In this document: in pieces, positions 1 through 8,940 of the stretch | How positions within the stretch are numbered: the first letter of the stretch is position 1 | How the letters are laid out: each line of letters begins with the position of its first letter | From: Candidatus Nanopelagicales bacterium | GTDB lineage: Bacteria > Actinomycetota > Actinomycetes > S36-B12 > CAIYMF01 | Direction of reading: 5' to 3' | Length of the DNA: 64,000 nt | Assembly (NCBI GenBank): GCA_025456065.1 | Contig: JALOLH010000001.1 | Location: 5,501-69,500 of the forward strand | Made by a program: the position numbers and the translations under genes | The notes under the pieces: model-generated | Seen by the model: the letters and a program-made list of their open reading frames with translations, nothing else | What the model was told of the DNA's origin: nothing | Database searches by the model: none

Positions 1-44
1 CCGGCACGGTCGCGCCCCCCACGGCCTCGGCGACCTCGGGGGCC

Positions 45-1691
45 GTGTTCCTGGTCCTGCGCCGCATGCGGGTGCCGCTGATCCTGCTGCTGCTGGTGTT
101 CTCGATCAGCGTCCTCGGGCTCACCCTCATCCCGGGGGCCCAGCCGGACGGCGGCACCGAGCCGATGGGCTTCTTCGAGGCCTTCTACTTCATGACCTAC
201 ACCGCCACCACGATCGGGTTCGGCGAGATCCCGTACGAGTTCACCACCGCCCAGCGCATGTGGGTCACGTTCTCGATCTACATCGCGGTGATCGGGTGGG
301 CCTACGCGATCGGCTCCCTGCTCGCGATGCTGCAGGATCGCAGCTTCCGCCGGGAGATCGTCGCCCAGCGGTTCGCCCGACAGGTGCGCAGGATGCCGGA
401 GCCCTTCCTGGTGGTGATCGGGTACGGCGAGGCCGGCGCCCGGGTCGCCCATGCCCTGGACCGGCGCGGCCGGCGCCTGGTCGTGCTGGACCGCTCGCAG
501 GAGCGGATCGACGCGCTCGAGCTGGCCCAGCTGCGTGCCGACGTGCCGGCGCTCGCGGCCAACCCGCGGGTCCCCGGGACGCTCGTCGCCGCCGGGCTGA
601 CGCACCCGCGCTGCGAGGGCGTGCTGGCGCTCACCGACGACGACGAGGCGAACCTGGCCGTGGTCCAGGCCGCGCACCTGCTGCGCCCCGGCGTGCCGGT
701 CATCGCGCGAGCCGAGACGCCGGCGACCGCGGCCCGCATGGCGGCCTTCGGCCAGCCCACGGTGGTGGACCCCTTCGACGCGTTCGGCGACCGGCTGCGG
801 CTGATCCTGCGCACGCCCGCGCTGGCGCAGCTGTTCGACTGGCTGGTGAGCCCCCCGGGCGCGCCGGTGCCGCCCCGCCCCGACCCTCCGGGCCAGGGGC
901 GGTGGGTGGTGGTGGGCCACAGCCGGACGGTCGCCGAGGTCAGCGCCGACCTGCGGGTCGCCGGTGCGGAGGTGGTCGAGCTCGACCCGGCCCGCGAGGC
1001 CGGCCCCGAGGACGGCGCGTTCGTCGACCTGGTGGCCGGCGCGGTCGGGGTGGTCGCGGCGAGCGACCGGGACACGCAGAACCTGTCCTACGTGGAGGCC
1101 GCCCAGCGTGCCGAGCCCGACGTGTTCGTCGTCGCCCGCCAGGAGTCCCCGGGCAACGCCCCGCTGTTCGCCGCGCTGCACCCCGACCTGCTGCTCGTGC
1201 CCGCCGAGGTGGTGGCTCGCGAGGTCCTCGAGCGCTTGGCGAACCCCGCCCTCTGGGACCTCCTGCAGGCGGCGAAGGGTCAGGGGGACCCGTGGGCGGC
1301 CGACGCCCTCGCGTGGCTCGTCGCGCGTTGTGGCCCGGGCTCGCCGACGGTCTGGCAGGTGCGTCTGGACGCCCGGTCCGCACCGGCGCTGGTCCATCGG
1401 CTGGCCGTCGAGCCGGTCCGGCTCGGTGCCCTCATGGCCAGCCCGTTCGGTAGGCAGGACCCCCTGCCGCTGACCGCGCTGATGCTGGTCCGCGGCGAGG
1501 ATCGCGTGCTCGTCCCCGACGAGGAGACCCCGCTGGCGGTGGGCGACGAGCTGCTCATGGCCGGAGGCCCCGGTGCCCAACGCGGGTGGGACGCCACCCT
1601 CGGCGAGGACGACGCCCTGGCATACGTGCTGTCGGGCTCCTCGGTGGCGATCTCGTGGTGGGGCCGCCGCCTGCTCCGCACGCGCACCTGA
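45..1691 (+). CDS. Two-TM potassium channel with tandem cytoplasmic RCK/TrkA-N-like domains (frame stays open to the window edge, so possibly 5' partial)
   Basis: K+ selectivity filter TATTIGFGE lies between two hydrophobic helices (VPLILLLLVFSISVLGLTLI and MWVTFSIYIAVIGWAYAIGSLLAML). Rossmann-like VVIGYGEAGARVA and VVVGHSRTVAEV segments follow. Confidence 0.8.
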   Translation: MFLVLRRMRVPLILLLLVFSISVLGLTLIPGAQPDGGTEPMGFFEAFYFMTYTATTIGFGEIPYEFTTAQRMWVTFSIYIAVIGWAYAIGSLLAMLQDRSFRREIVAQRFARQVRRMPEPFLVVIGYGEAGARVAHALDRRGRRLVVLDRSQERIDALELAQLRADVPALAANPRVPGTLVAAGLTHPRCEGVLALTDDDEANLAVVQAAHLLRPGVPVIARAETPATAARMAAFGQPTVVDPFDAFGDRLRLILRTPALAQLFDWLVSPPGAPVPPRPDPPGQGRWVVVGHSRTVAEVSADLRVAGAEVVELDPAREAGPEDGAFVDLVAGAVGVVAASDRDTQNLSYVEAAQRAEPDVFVVARQESPGNAPLFAALHPDLLLVPAEVVAREVLERLANPALWDLLQAAKGQGDPWAADALAWLVARCGPGSPTVWQVRLDARSAPALVHRLAVEPVRLGALMASPFGRQDPLPLTALMLVRGEDRVLVPDEETPLAVGDELLMAGGPGAQRGWDATLGEDDALAYVLSGSSVAISWWGRRLLRTRT

Positions 1692-1775
1692 GCGGCGGGG
1701 ACCTCCGGCCGCGGCGGGGACCTCCGGTCACGGCGGGACCGGCCCTGGCGCGACTGGTCACGGCGGGACCGGCCC
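1692..1775. repeat. Intergenic short tandem repeats, two families
   Basis: gcggcggggacctccgg at 1692-1708 and 1711-1727 (period 19). tcacggcgggaccggccc at 1728-1745 and 1758-1775 (period 30). The array starts directly after the channel stop codon tga at 1689-1691. Confidence 0.9.
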
Positions 1776-1793
1776 CGGCGGCCCGGGTGTGCG

Positions 1794-2693
1794 ATGCGGA
1801 GGATCCCCGCCGGCGCTGGTGGCCGCCTCCGGTGGTTGGCTGGAGGCGTGGACGTCCTCGACCTCGCCGACCTGATCACGCCGACCCCCGCCGGTGCGCC
1901 GCATCACTTCACGCTCGACGTCCCCGACGGCCTGCAGCAGGGCCGCGGCGCATGGGGCGGCCTGGCCACGGGAGCCATGGTCTCGGCCGCCCAGCAGGTC
2001 GACCCGCGCCCGGAGATGGCCGTCCGGACGCTCAACGCGCAGCTCGTCGCCCCGGTCATGGTGGGGCGCGCCCACCTCGAGGTCGAGCAGCTGCGGCGCG
2101 GCTCGGCCACGAACACCCTGGCCGTCCGCATGCGCGACGGTGAGGGTGCCCTGCTCGCCCACGGCGTGGTCGTGCTCGGCGCCGCGCGGCGGGGCGAGGG
2201 CATGCCCGACGGGCCGGCCTGGCAGTCGATCGTCCCGCCTGCGGAGCTGGCGGCGGGGCCGGACTGCGTGCCCGTGGCCGAGGTCGGCCCGCCGCTGGCA
2301 CCGGACTTCACCGTGCAGCTGGAGTTCCGCCCGCTGATCGGGATCCCGTACCAGGGCCTCGAGACCGACGTCACCACCGGGTGGATCCGCCCCAAGGGAC
2401 CGGTGTCCCGCCTGGACGCCGCGGTCGTGGCGGCTCTCGCGGACGCCTGGTGGATCGTGGTGGTGGTGCGCCTGGCGACCATCCGACCGGCGGCCACCGT
2501 CGGGTTCGGCCTCGAGCTGCCGCTGGACCCGGCGGCCCTGCCGCGCGACGGCGACGGGCTGCTGGCCCCGCTGTTCCATCGCGGCCGCACGATCGCGGCG
2601 CGTGAGGGCTTCACGGTCGAGACCCGCGAGCTGTGGACGGTGGACGGACGGCTGGTGAGCTGGAACACCCAGACGGTGGCGGTCATCCGGTAA
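1794..2693 (+). CDS. Acyl-CoA thioesterase II-like (double hotdog) family protein
   Basis: 299-aa ORF with GC3-rich codons. Its length and two-lobed layout resemble TesB-like thioesterases by eye. Start uncertain (alternative GTG at 1848). Confidence 0.5.
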   Translation: MRRIPAGAGGRLRWLAGGVDVLDLADLITPTPAGAPHHFTLDVPDGLQQGRGAWGGLATGAMVSAAQQVDPRPEMAVRTLNAQLVAPVMVGRAHLEVEQLRRGSATNTLAVRMRDGEGALLAHGVVVLGAARRGEGMPDGPAWQSIVPPAELAAGPDCVPVAEVGPPLAPDFTVQLEFRPLIGIPYQGLETDVTTGWIRPKGPVSRLDAAVVAALADAWWIVVVVRLATIRPAATVGFGLELPLDPAALPRDGDGLLAPLFHRGRTIAAREGFTVETRELWTVDGRLVSWNTQTVAVIR

Positions 2694-2697
2694 CGGG

Positions 2698-3765
2698 ATG
2701 GACTGGTCGGACTGCGCCCAGCAGGCGCGCGAGGTCCTCGTGGCGAGGTACTGGGACGAACGGTCCGGGCTGTTCCGGGTCGGAGCCGGGCTGCCCGGGC
2801 GGATCGGGGTGCTGCTGCCGGGGGCGCCGTGGCACCCCTGGTGGCAGGCGCAGGCGCTCGAGGTGCTCCTCGACGGGGTCGGCACCGATCCCGGGGCCTC
2901 CGCGCGGGCGCCCCGCCTGGTCGACGGCATCGCGGCCGGGCAGGGTGGGGACCTGACCCGCACCGCGTTCGTCGACGACCTGGCCTGGCTCGGCCTGGCC
3001 ACCTGGCGGGCGCACACGCTGGGGGTCCTCGGCCCGGAGCCCGCCCTCGCGCTCGCCGCGGCCGTGCTGGCCGGCCACGACCCCGTGCTCGGCGGGTTCC
3101 GCTGGCGGTTCGGCGACGACTACCACAACGTGCCGGCCACGGCACCGGCCGCGATGCTGCTGGCCCGCACCGCGGCCCTGGCCGGCGCCCCCACCCGGCT
3201 CGACCTGGCACGAGCCACGGCCGAGTGGCTGCACGCGCACGTGGTCGAGCCCTCCGGCGTGGTGCGCGACGGCTGCCGACCCCGCCAGGGGCGACTGGTC
3301 GCGGAGGGTCCGCTGTGGTCCTACAACGTGGGCACGGTCGCGGGACTCGACGTCGTCCTCGCCGACGAGGCACGCGACGACGCCGAGCGCGGCTGGCGGC
3401 TGGACCGGGCCGCGTGGGTGCTGCGGGCCGGCACCCGGGTGCTGGGGGCCGACACGGACGGGATCTGGCGCGACGAGCGGCACGACGGGCAGGGCGTCGA
3501 CCCGCAGCTGTTCCGCGGGATCCTGGCCCGGCACCTGGCCGACCTCGTGCTGGCCGACCCGGCCGGGGCACCGGACCTCGCCGAGGACCTGCGCCGACAG
3601 GCCGCGGCCGCCTGGTCCGCTCGGGACGGTCGGGGCCGGATCGGCGCGGCCTGGACCGGCCGCCGGAGCGCCGGGGGGTCGCCCGCGCGCAGCACCCTGG
3701 CCGCCCACCTGGCCGGCGCCCTCGTCCTGGCCAGCACCGCCCGGCTGCCCGGGCGGTCCCCGTGA
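2698..3765 (+). CDS. Glycoside hydrolase family 76-like protein (alpha-1,6-mannanase fold), no signal peptide
   Basis: Paired Asp in FVDDLAWLGLATW, as in the GH76 catalytic DD motif. Also WWQAQALE, WSYNVG and LFRGILARHL. The N-terminus MDWSDCAQQAREV is not hydrophobic. Confidence 0.55.
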   Translation: MDWSDCAQQAREVLVARYWDERSGLFRVGAGLPGRIGVLLPGAPWHPWWQAQALEVLLDGVGTDPGASARAPRLVDGIAAGQGGDLTRTAFVDDLAWLGLATWRAHTLGVLGPEPALALAAAVLAGHDPVLGGFRWRFGDDYHNVPATAPAAMLLARTAALAGAPTRLDLARATAEWLHAHVVEPSGVVRDGCRPRQGRLVAEGPLWSYNVGTVAGLDVVLADEARDDAERGWRLDRAAWVLRAGTRVLGADTDGIWRDERHDGQGVDPQLFRGILARHLADLVLADPAGAPDLAEDLRRQAAAAWSARDGRGRIGAAWTGRRSAGGSPARSTLAAHLAGALVLASTARLPGRSP

Positions 3766-3768
3766 GGG

Positions 3769-4437
3769 TCAGCCGCGGCGCCGCTCGTGGACGACCACGG
3801 TGCCCCCGACGACGTCGCCGAGCCGCTGCGCGCGATCGGTGAGCAGGATGGCAGCGCCGCCGACGACCCCGAGCAGCAGGCCGTCCACGGCGAGGAACAG
3901 CCACCGCAGGGTCATCACCGCCACGCTGACCTCCCCGCCGTCCAGGGCGCGCACCCGCAGTCGCAGCCAGCGCATCCCCAGGGTGCGCCCCCCACGCCGC
4001 GCCGGCAGGACCGCCCAGTAGCACCATGCGACGAGCACGCAGGCCAGCAGCACCAGCAGCAGCACCGGGACCGCGACCAGCGGGTTGTCCAGGGTGCCGT
4101 CGGGGTTCCGGGGCAGCGCGAGCATCGCCGACAGGGGGAGCAGGCACAGCACGGCGGTGATCGCCAGGTCGAGCCCGAACTGCGCCGCCCGGCGCACGGC
4201 CAGTGCCCGGCGCTGGGGCATCGGCACGCTGCGGGGGTCCGGTGCCCGCGGATCCGGACCGAGGTCCGGACCGGAGTCGGGACCGGGGTCGGGACCGGAG
4301 TCGGGACCGAGGTCGGGACCGAGGTCGGGATCGTCCGAGCCGCCGAGCGGTGGCTCGGGCCGCGGTGGTCGCATGCGGCCCGCACGACCGGCCATCCCGG
4401 CTCCCCGCACCGCAGGGGCGTCGTCGGAGCGGGTCAC
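3769..4437 (-). CDS. RDD-family membrane protein with a Pro/Asp/Gly tetrapeptide-repeat N-terminus
   Basis: Three hydrophobic helices; GRTLGMRWLRLRV and a C-terminal RLGDVVGGTVVV are typical of RDD domains. Start uncertain (GTG 4437, ATG 4395 or ATG 4374). Confidence 0.7.
   Translation of the reverse strand: MTRSDDAPAVRGAGMAGRAGRMRPPRPEPPLGGSDDPDLGPDLGPDSGPDPGPDSGPDLGPDPRAPDPRSVPMPQRRALAVRRAAQFGLDLAITAVLCLLPLSAMLALPRNPDGTLDNPLVAVPVLLLVLLACVLVAWCYWAVLPARRGGRTLGMRWLRLRVRALDGGEVSVAVMTLRWLFLAVDGLLLGVVGGAAILLTDRAQRLGDVVGGTVVVHERRRG
4256..4330. repeat. In-frame 12-bp tandem repeat (about 6 copies) inside the RDD gene
   Basis: The ggaccgaggtcg / ggaccggagtcg / ggaccggggtcg units encode DPDLGPDLGPDSGPDPGPDSGPDLGPDP on the minus strand. 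Confidence 0.9.
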
Positions 4438-4569
4438 CGTCCGAGTCTAGGGTCGCGCCGCCACGGTCCCGCGAACCGCGCCGGTGCCGCGGCGCTCGTG
4501 CCTGCCGCGACCGCGCGCGGGCCCGCCGCCTCGCCAGCCGGCTCACCGAACCGCAGCTATCGTCGAGGG

Positions 4570-5232
4570 ATGCGCGCGCTGGCGGTCGTGGTCGGCCTGG
4601 TCGTGGTGGCCGGGCTGCTCGCGCTCGGGCGCGTCGGCGACCTGGGCGGCATGGTGCCCTGGTCGGCGGGTTGCGAGGTGCGCGACGAGGCCGACGCGGT
4701 CCTGCTGGACGGCAGCCCCGAGGAGGTTGGGGCGCGGGTGGACGCGGCGCTGGCCGACGAGCCGGACGGGCCCGTGGCGCAGGCGTTGGCCGCTGGCCCG
4801 GCCCTCACCTGCCGCATCGGCCCGACCCGGAGCACCGACACCCCGAAGGAGCCACCGCTGGGCCTGACGCCGAACGCCCAGCGGTTCCGCGACGAGGTCC
4901 GTGCGACGTTCGGTGACGTGCCGGACGGGGGATTCGGTCCCCAGGAGGTGCTGCCGGGTCGCCGACCGGGCGGTGCCCACTCCGCGGGGCGGGCGATCGA
5001 CTTCTTCTTCCGCCCGATCGACGACCCCGACCAGGCGGCCGCGGGCTGGCAGCTGGCGAACTGGTCGGTGGCGAACGCCGAGCGCCTCGGGATCCGCACG
5101 GTCATCTACCGCGACCGCATCTGGACCGCATGGCGCTCCGCCCAGGGCTGGCGCGACTACCGGTTCGCCGGGCCGGATCCGGACAACCCGATCAACCGGC
5201 ACCTGGACCACGTCCACGTCGACGTCGCGTGA
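4570..5232 (+). CDS. Membrane-anchored or secreted LAS-type zinc peptidase-like protein (M15/VanY-like fold)
   Basis: N-terminal hydrophobic anchor MRALAVVVGLVVVAGLLALG. H-x6-D motif (HSAGRAID) plus a C-terminal HxH (LDHVHVDV), as in LAS metallopeptidases. ATG at 4570 is in frame within the long 3787..5232 ORF. Confidence 0.55.
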   Translation: MRALAVVVGLVVVAGLLALGRVGDLGGMVPWSAGCEVRDEADAVLLDGSPEEVGARVDAALADEPDGPVAQALAAGPALTCRIGPTRSTDTPKEPPLGLTPNAQRFRDEVRATFGDVPDGGFGPQEVLPGRRPGGAHSAGRAIDFFFRPIDDPDQAAAGWQLANWSVANAERLGIRTVIYRDRIWTAWRSAQGWRDYRFAGPDPDNPINRHLDHVHVDVA

Positions 5233-6187
5233 GGCCCGGCCCGTGCCGGGCCTCCGCAGCCCCCACCAGCTCCGCCTGCAGGGCGACGTCCATCGCCACC
5301 GCCCGGTCCCAGTCGAACAGCTGCGGCGTGGGTGGCGCACCGCCCAGCGTCGCCACGACCGCGCCGATCGACCGGGCGTTCGCGCGGTACCACGGGTCGC
5401 CGGGACCGCCCTCGGGGTCCCCGAGCGGTTCGGGAACGTGCCCGACCAGCGCGAGCTCGGGCGGGTCGAACCACCAGGCGTGGCCCCGCCGGTACCGACC
5501 GGACAGGGTCAGCCGGCCGCACTCGCCGTCCAGGACCACCGCGTGCCGCAGCCCTGCGAGCCCGCGTTCGCGACGGCAGGCCACGGTGACCGGGACGTCG
5601 CCGCAGCGGACCCGGACCACGGTCGACGTGGTCGGCACGAGGGTGTCCCCGCTGCCAGCAGCCGAGGGGGGCGCGGGCGGGCCGAGCAGTGTCACCAGCC
5701 ACGACCAGGGGTGCGGCACGAGCTCGAAGAGCATCGCCTCGGGGCCCAGCCGCAGCTCGGGCAGGTCGTGCCCGGACGTGACCGATGCGGCCCGCACCCG
5801 TCCTATCCGATGCAGCGACCCGGCCGCACGCACGGCGACGTCCAGGAAGGCGAACGCGAGGTTCACCCAGACCGGTGCGCGTCGGGGCGCGAGCGCCCGG
5901 ACCGGCGCGAGCCCCACGGCGGGCTTCTCGCAGAGCACCGGCACGTCGGGCAGGGCGTCGATCACGTCGGCGTGCGTCGCCGCAGGGGTGGCCACGCAGG
6001 CCAGGTCCAGGCCGAGGCCACCGAGCGCGGCGAGGTCGGCCACGGCCAGCGGGACGCCGAGCTCGTCGGCCGCCCCCCGCACCTCGTGAGGGTCCGCAGC
6101 GGCGAGCGCGACCACCTCCACGCCCGCGTCGCGCAGCGCCGCGACATGGACGCGTCCCCAGTTGGTCCCGACCACCGCGGCGCGCAC
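5192..6187 (-). CDS. Gfo/Idh/MocA-family NAD(P)-dependent oxidoreductase
   Basis: N-terminal Rossmann segment VVGTNWGRVHVAALRDAG and the family EKP motif (VLCEKPAV). GTG at 6187 is in frame. The rest of the 907-aa ORF is R/P/G-rich GC artefact. Confidence 0.7.
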   Translation of the reverse strand: MRAAVVGTNWGRVHVAALRDAGVEVVALAAADPHEVRGAADELGVPLAVADLAALGGLGLDLACVATPAATHADVIDALPDVPVLCEKPAVGLAPVRALAPRRAPVWVNLAFAFLDVAVRAAGSLHRIGRVRAASVTSGHDLPELRLGPEAMLFELVPHPWSWLVTLLGPPAPPSAAGSGDTLVPTTSTVVRVRCGDVPVTVACRRERGLAGLRHAVVLDGECGRLTLSGRYRRGHAWWFDPPELALVGHVPEPLGDPEGGPGDPWYRANARSIGAVVATLGGAPPTPQLFDWDRAVAMDVALQAELVGAAEARHGPGLTRRRRGRGPGAG

Positions 6188-6336
6188 GGGCAGGCACGGT
6201 AGCCGGTGCGCTGGCAGCGGCCGGGCACGTGGTCGGGTGCGTCCTCGGGTGCACGAGGCCGGCGCGACCACCGCACCACCCCACAGCCCGCGACGCCGCA
6301 CCGACCCCACGCGCCCCCGCACCGACCCGGGCCGGG

Positions 6337-7908
6337 TCACGCAGGGGCCATCGGCCACCCGGTGCCGTCGAGGGTCGCCGGGGCACCCACGGCGGCGAAG
6401 CTGACATCGGTGTCCTCCTCGAGGGGGTACAGCCGTGCGCTCATCGCGAGCCGCCCCCCGTCCAGGAACACCTCGACCGAGGAGTGGTCCAGCAGGATCC
6501 GCGCGTCGACCTGCGGCCCGGCACGGAACGTGCCGGTGGTCGCCCCGCCCTCGCCGGTGCCCAGCTGGCTGCGGTCCAGGGTCGCGACGCCCGCGCCCGG
6601 GTCCACCGTGAGGACCGCGGGCCGGTCCGTGTCGCCGTCCCGCAGGCGGACCTCCAGGCGGCCCCCGGCCGGGCAGGCCACCGTCAGCTCGAGGTCGAGC
6701 GCGGTCCCCTCGAGACCGGGCACCGAGGCCCGCTCGCCGGTGCCGATCGTCGCGCCCGGCACGGCGACAGGAGCCCCGCGCAGGGCGGCCAGCTCCCGCA
6801 CGGGCACCTGCACCAGGGCGTCGCCGTCCAGGTGCACCTCGCGCGGCACGGTCAGGCAGTGCACCCAGCCGTTCCCGGCGCTCGGGTGCTTCTCGGCCAG
6901 TGACGGCTGGCCCGGGTGGTCTGGCATGCCCATCCAGCCGATCATGATCGTGCGGCCGTCCTCGGCGACGAACGACTGCGGCGCGTAGAAGTCCGGTCCG
7001 GCGTCGAGCCGGCGGAAGGGCGAGTCGCGGGCGAACCGGGGCGGGTCCCCGGCCAGCCTCCCTGTGGCGTACATCGCGACGTCCTCGTACCGGTTCGGCC
7101 CGGCTGCCTCGCCATGGTCGAACTGCGGCGAGATCACCAGCACGTCCCGGTCGCCGAACCGCAGCAGGTCCGGGCACTCCCACATGTAGCCGAAGGGGTC
7201 GCCAGCGCCGCCGGCGATCTGCCCCAGGAACTCCCAGGTCACGAGGTCCGGGCTGTGCAGCAGCAGGACGGTCCCGTGCAGGTCCTCGGTCTGGGCGCCG
7301 AGCACCATCCAGCAGCCCCCGTCGTCCACCCAGGCCTTCGGGTCGCGGACGTGCGGCCCGCAGCCGGGCAGGGCGCCGACCAGCGGGTTCGCCGGGTGCT
7401 TCACGACCTCCCCGCGGCTCGGGGCGAGGGTGGCGAGGTTCTGGAAGGGCGTGCGCCCGCCGTCGGGTGTGCGCACGTTGCCCGTGTAGAGGAAGTGCAC
7501 GGCGCCGTCGTGGACCACGCCGCTGCCGGAGTAGCAGCCGTGGGTCTCGTAGGGCTGGCTCGGGGCCAGCGCCATCGGCTGCGCCTCCCAGTGGACCAGG
7601 TCCCGGCTCGTCAGGTGTGCCCAGTGCTTCAGCGCGTGGGCCGGGGCGAACGGGTGCCACTGGTAGCACAGGTGGTAGGTCCCCTCGTGCTGGACCAGGC
7701 CGTTCGGATCGTTGAGCAGGCCGACCGGCGGCTGGACGTGGAACGCCTGGCGCCACGGGTCCGCGGCCACGGCACCGGCCCGCTCGGCGAGGGTGCGGGC
7801 GACGCGCTCGCGCAGCTCGGCGTCCAGGGCGTCCGGGTCGCTGCCCGGCGGTCCGGCGGCGCCGGGCCAGGCCTCGGGAACCCCAGGGCCGGGTGCGGCG
7901 GCGGTCAC
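6337..7908 (-). CDS. scrB: Sucrose-6-phosphate hydrolase / beta-fructofuranosidase (GH32)
   Basis: GH32 catalytic motifs [15 protein letters not shown] (RDP) and MWECPDL (EC). GTG start at 7908 overlaps the stop of the upstream kinase (GTGA). Confidence 0.9.
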   Translation of the reverse strand: MTAAAPGPGVPEAWPGAAGPPGSDPDALDAELRERVARTLAERAGAVAADPWRQAFHVQPPVGLLNDPNGLVQHEGTYHLCYQWHPFAPAHALKHWAHLTSRDLVHWEAQPMALAPSQPYETHGCYSGSGVVHDGAVHFLYTGNVRTPDGGRTPFQNLATLAPSRGEVVKHPANPLVGALPGCGPHVRDPKAWVDDGGCWMVLGAQTEDLHGTVLLLHSPDLVTWEFLGQIAGGAGDPFGYMWECPDLLRFGDRDVLVISPQFDHGEAAGPNRYEDVAMYATGRLAGDPPRFARDSPFRRLDAGPDFYAPQSFVAEDGRTIMIGWMGMPDHPGQPSLAEKHPSAGNGWVHCLTVPREVHLDGDALVQVPVRELAALRGAPVAVPGATIGTGERASVPGLEGTALDLELTVACPAGGRLEVRLRDGDTDRPAVLTVDPGAGVATLDRSQLGTGEGGATTGTFRAGPQVDARILLDHSSVEVFLDGGRLAMSARLYPLEEDTDVSFAAVGAPATLDGTGWPMAPA

Positions 7909-8813
7909 GGGGCACCCGCCAGCGCCAGCTGGCCCAGCGCGATGCAGCCGGCTGCGCCCGCCCGGTTGCCCAGGCCCGGCGGGACGATGTACTCCTCGAT
8001 GCGCTCGAGGACCTGCGGGGCCTGCACGTAGCCGTTCAGCAGCTCCAGGGTCCGCGCGCGCACCTTCGGGAACAGGTGCAGCTGCTCCATGACCCCGCCG
8101 CCGAGGACGATGCGCTGCGGCGAGAGCGTGCAGACCAGGCTGCGGCAGGCCAGCGCGAGGTAGTGCGCCTCGAGGTCCCAGGCGGGGTGCTCCGGGGTCA
8201 GCTCGGTGGCCGGCACCTGCCAGCGCGCCCCGATGGCCGGGCCGGCCGCCAGGCCCTCGAGGCAGTCGCCGTGGAACGGGCACGTGCCTGCGAAGGGGTC
8301 GATCGCGGGGTCGCGCGGCATGGGGATGTGCCCGACCTCGGGATGGATCAGCCCGTGGAGGATCTGCCCGTCGATGATGATCCCGCCGCCGATCCCGGTG
8401 CCGATCGTCAGGTAGGCGAACGTCGCGACGTCCTGGGCGGCGCCCCAGCGGTGCTCGCCCAGGGCCGCGCCGTTGACGTCGGTGTCGAAGCCGATGGGGA
8501 TCCCGAAGGCCTCGCGCAGGGGACCGACCACGTCGGTGTCCGACCAGCCGGGCTTCGGGGTCTTGGTCACCCACCCGTAGGTCGGTGAGTCGGGGTGCGG
8601 GTCGCACGGGCCGAACGTGCCGTACCCGATCGCCGCGATCGCCTCGCCGTGCTCGGCCTGCCACGTGCGGAAGTAGTCGATCACCCTGGGGAGGGTCTCG
8701 CCCGGGGCGGTCGTGGGGAACCGCACTTCGTCGCGGATGTCGTCGGGGCCGGTCCCCACCGCGCACACCATCTTGGTGCCGCCCGCCTCGACCGACCCGA
8801 TCAATGGCTCCAT
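7905..8813 (-). CDS. scrK: ROK-family fructokinase
   Basis: N-terminal ATP-binding [14 protein letters not shown] ExGH motif (HPEVGHIP) and Zn-binding Cys/His cluster CPFHGDC. ATG at 8813 is preceded by GGAGGG. Confidence 0.85.
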   Translation of the reverse strand: MEPLIGSVEAGGTKMVCAVGTGPDDIRDEVRFPTTAPGETLPRVIDYFRTWQAEHGEAIAAIGYGTFGPCDPHPDSPTYGWVTKTPKPGWSDTDVVGPLREAFGIPIGFDTDVNGAALGEHRWGAAQDVATFAYLTIGTGIGGGIIIDGQILHGLIHPEVGHIPMPRDPAIDPFAGTCPFHGDCLEGLAAGPAIGARWQVPATELTPEHPAWDLEAHYLALACRSLVCTLSPQRIVLGGGVMEQLHLFPKVRARTLELLNGYVQAPQVLERIEEYIVPPGLGNRAGAAGCIALGQLALAGAP

Positions 8814-8940
8814 GTGCTGTCCCTCCTGCCAGGGTGCCGTGCACCCATCCAAGTCCTCCAGTGCGGACGGAGGCCCGCCGGTGGTGCACCCCCGCCCCGG
8901 CAAGCGGCGGGGGTGCACCGGTCAGGTGCTCAGGCTGCGA

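Noticed and set aside
1904-4546. 880-aa minus-strand ORF, with similar giants at 5192..7915 (upper part), 15569..18367, 25636..27831, 40212..41477 and 40287..46079 (upper part)
   Set aside because: Their translations are monotonous Arg/Pro/Gly/Ala strings lying antisense to, or out of frame with, genes that have clear family motifs. Long stop-free frames like this are expected by chance at this GC content.
4438-4569. c-di-AMP (ydaO-type) riboswitch upstream of the cell-wall peptidase-like gene
   Set aside because: That riboswitch often precedes actinobacterial wall hydrolases, but I could not recognise its conserved pseudo-symmetric core in these 132 nt. Only an Infernal scan could settle this.
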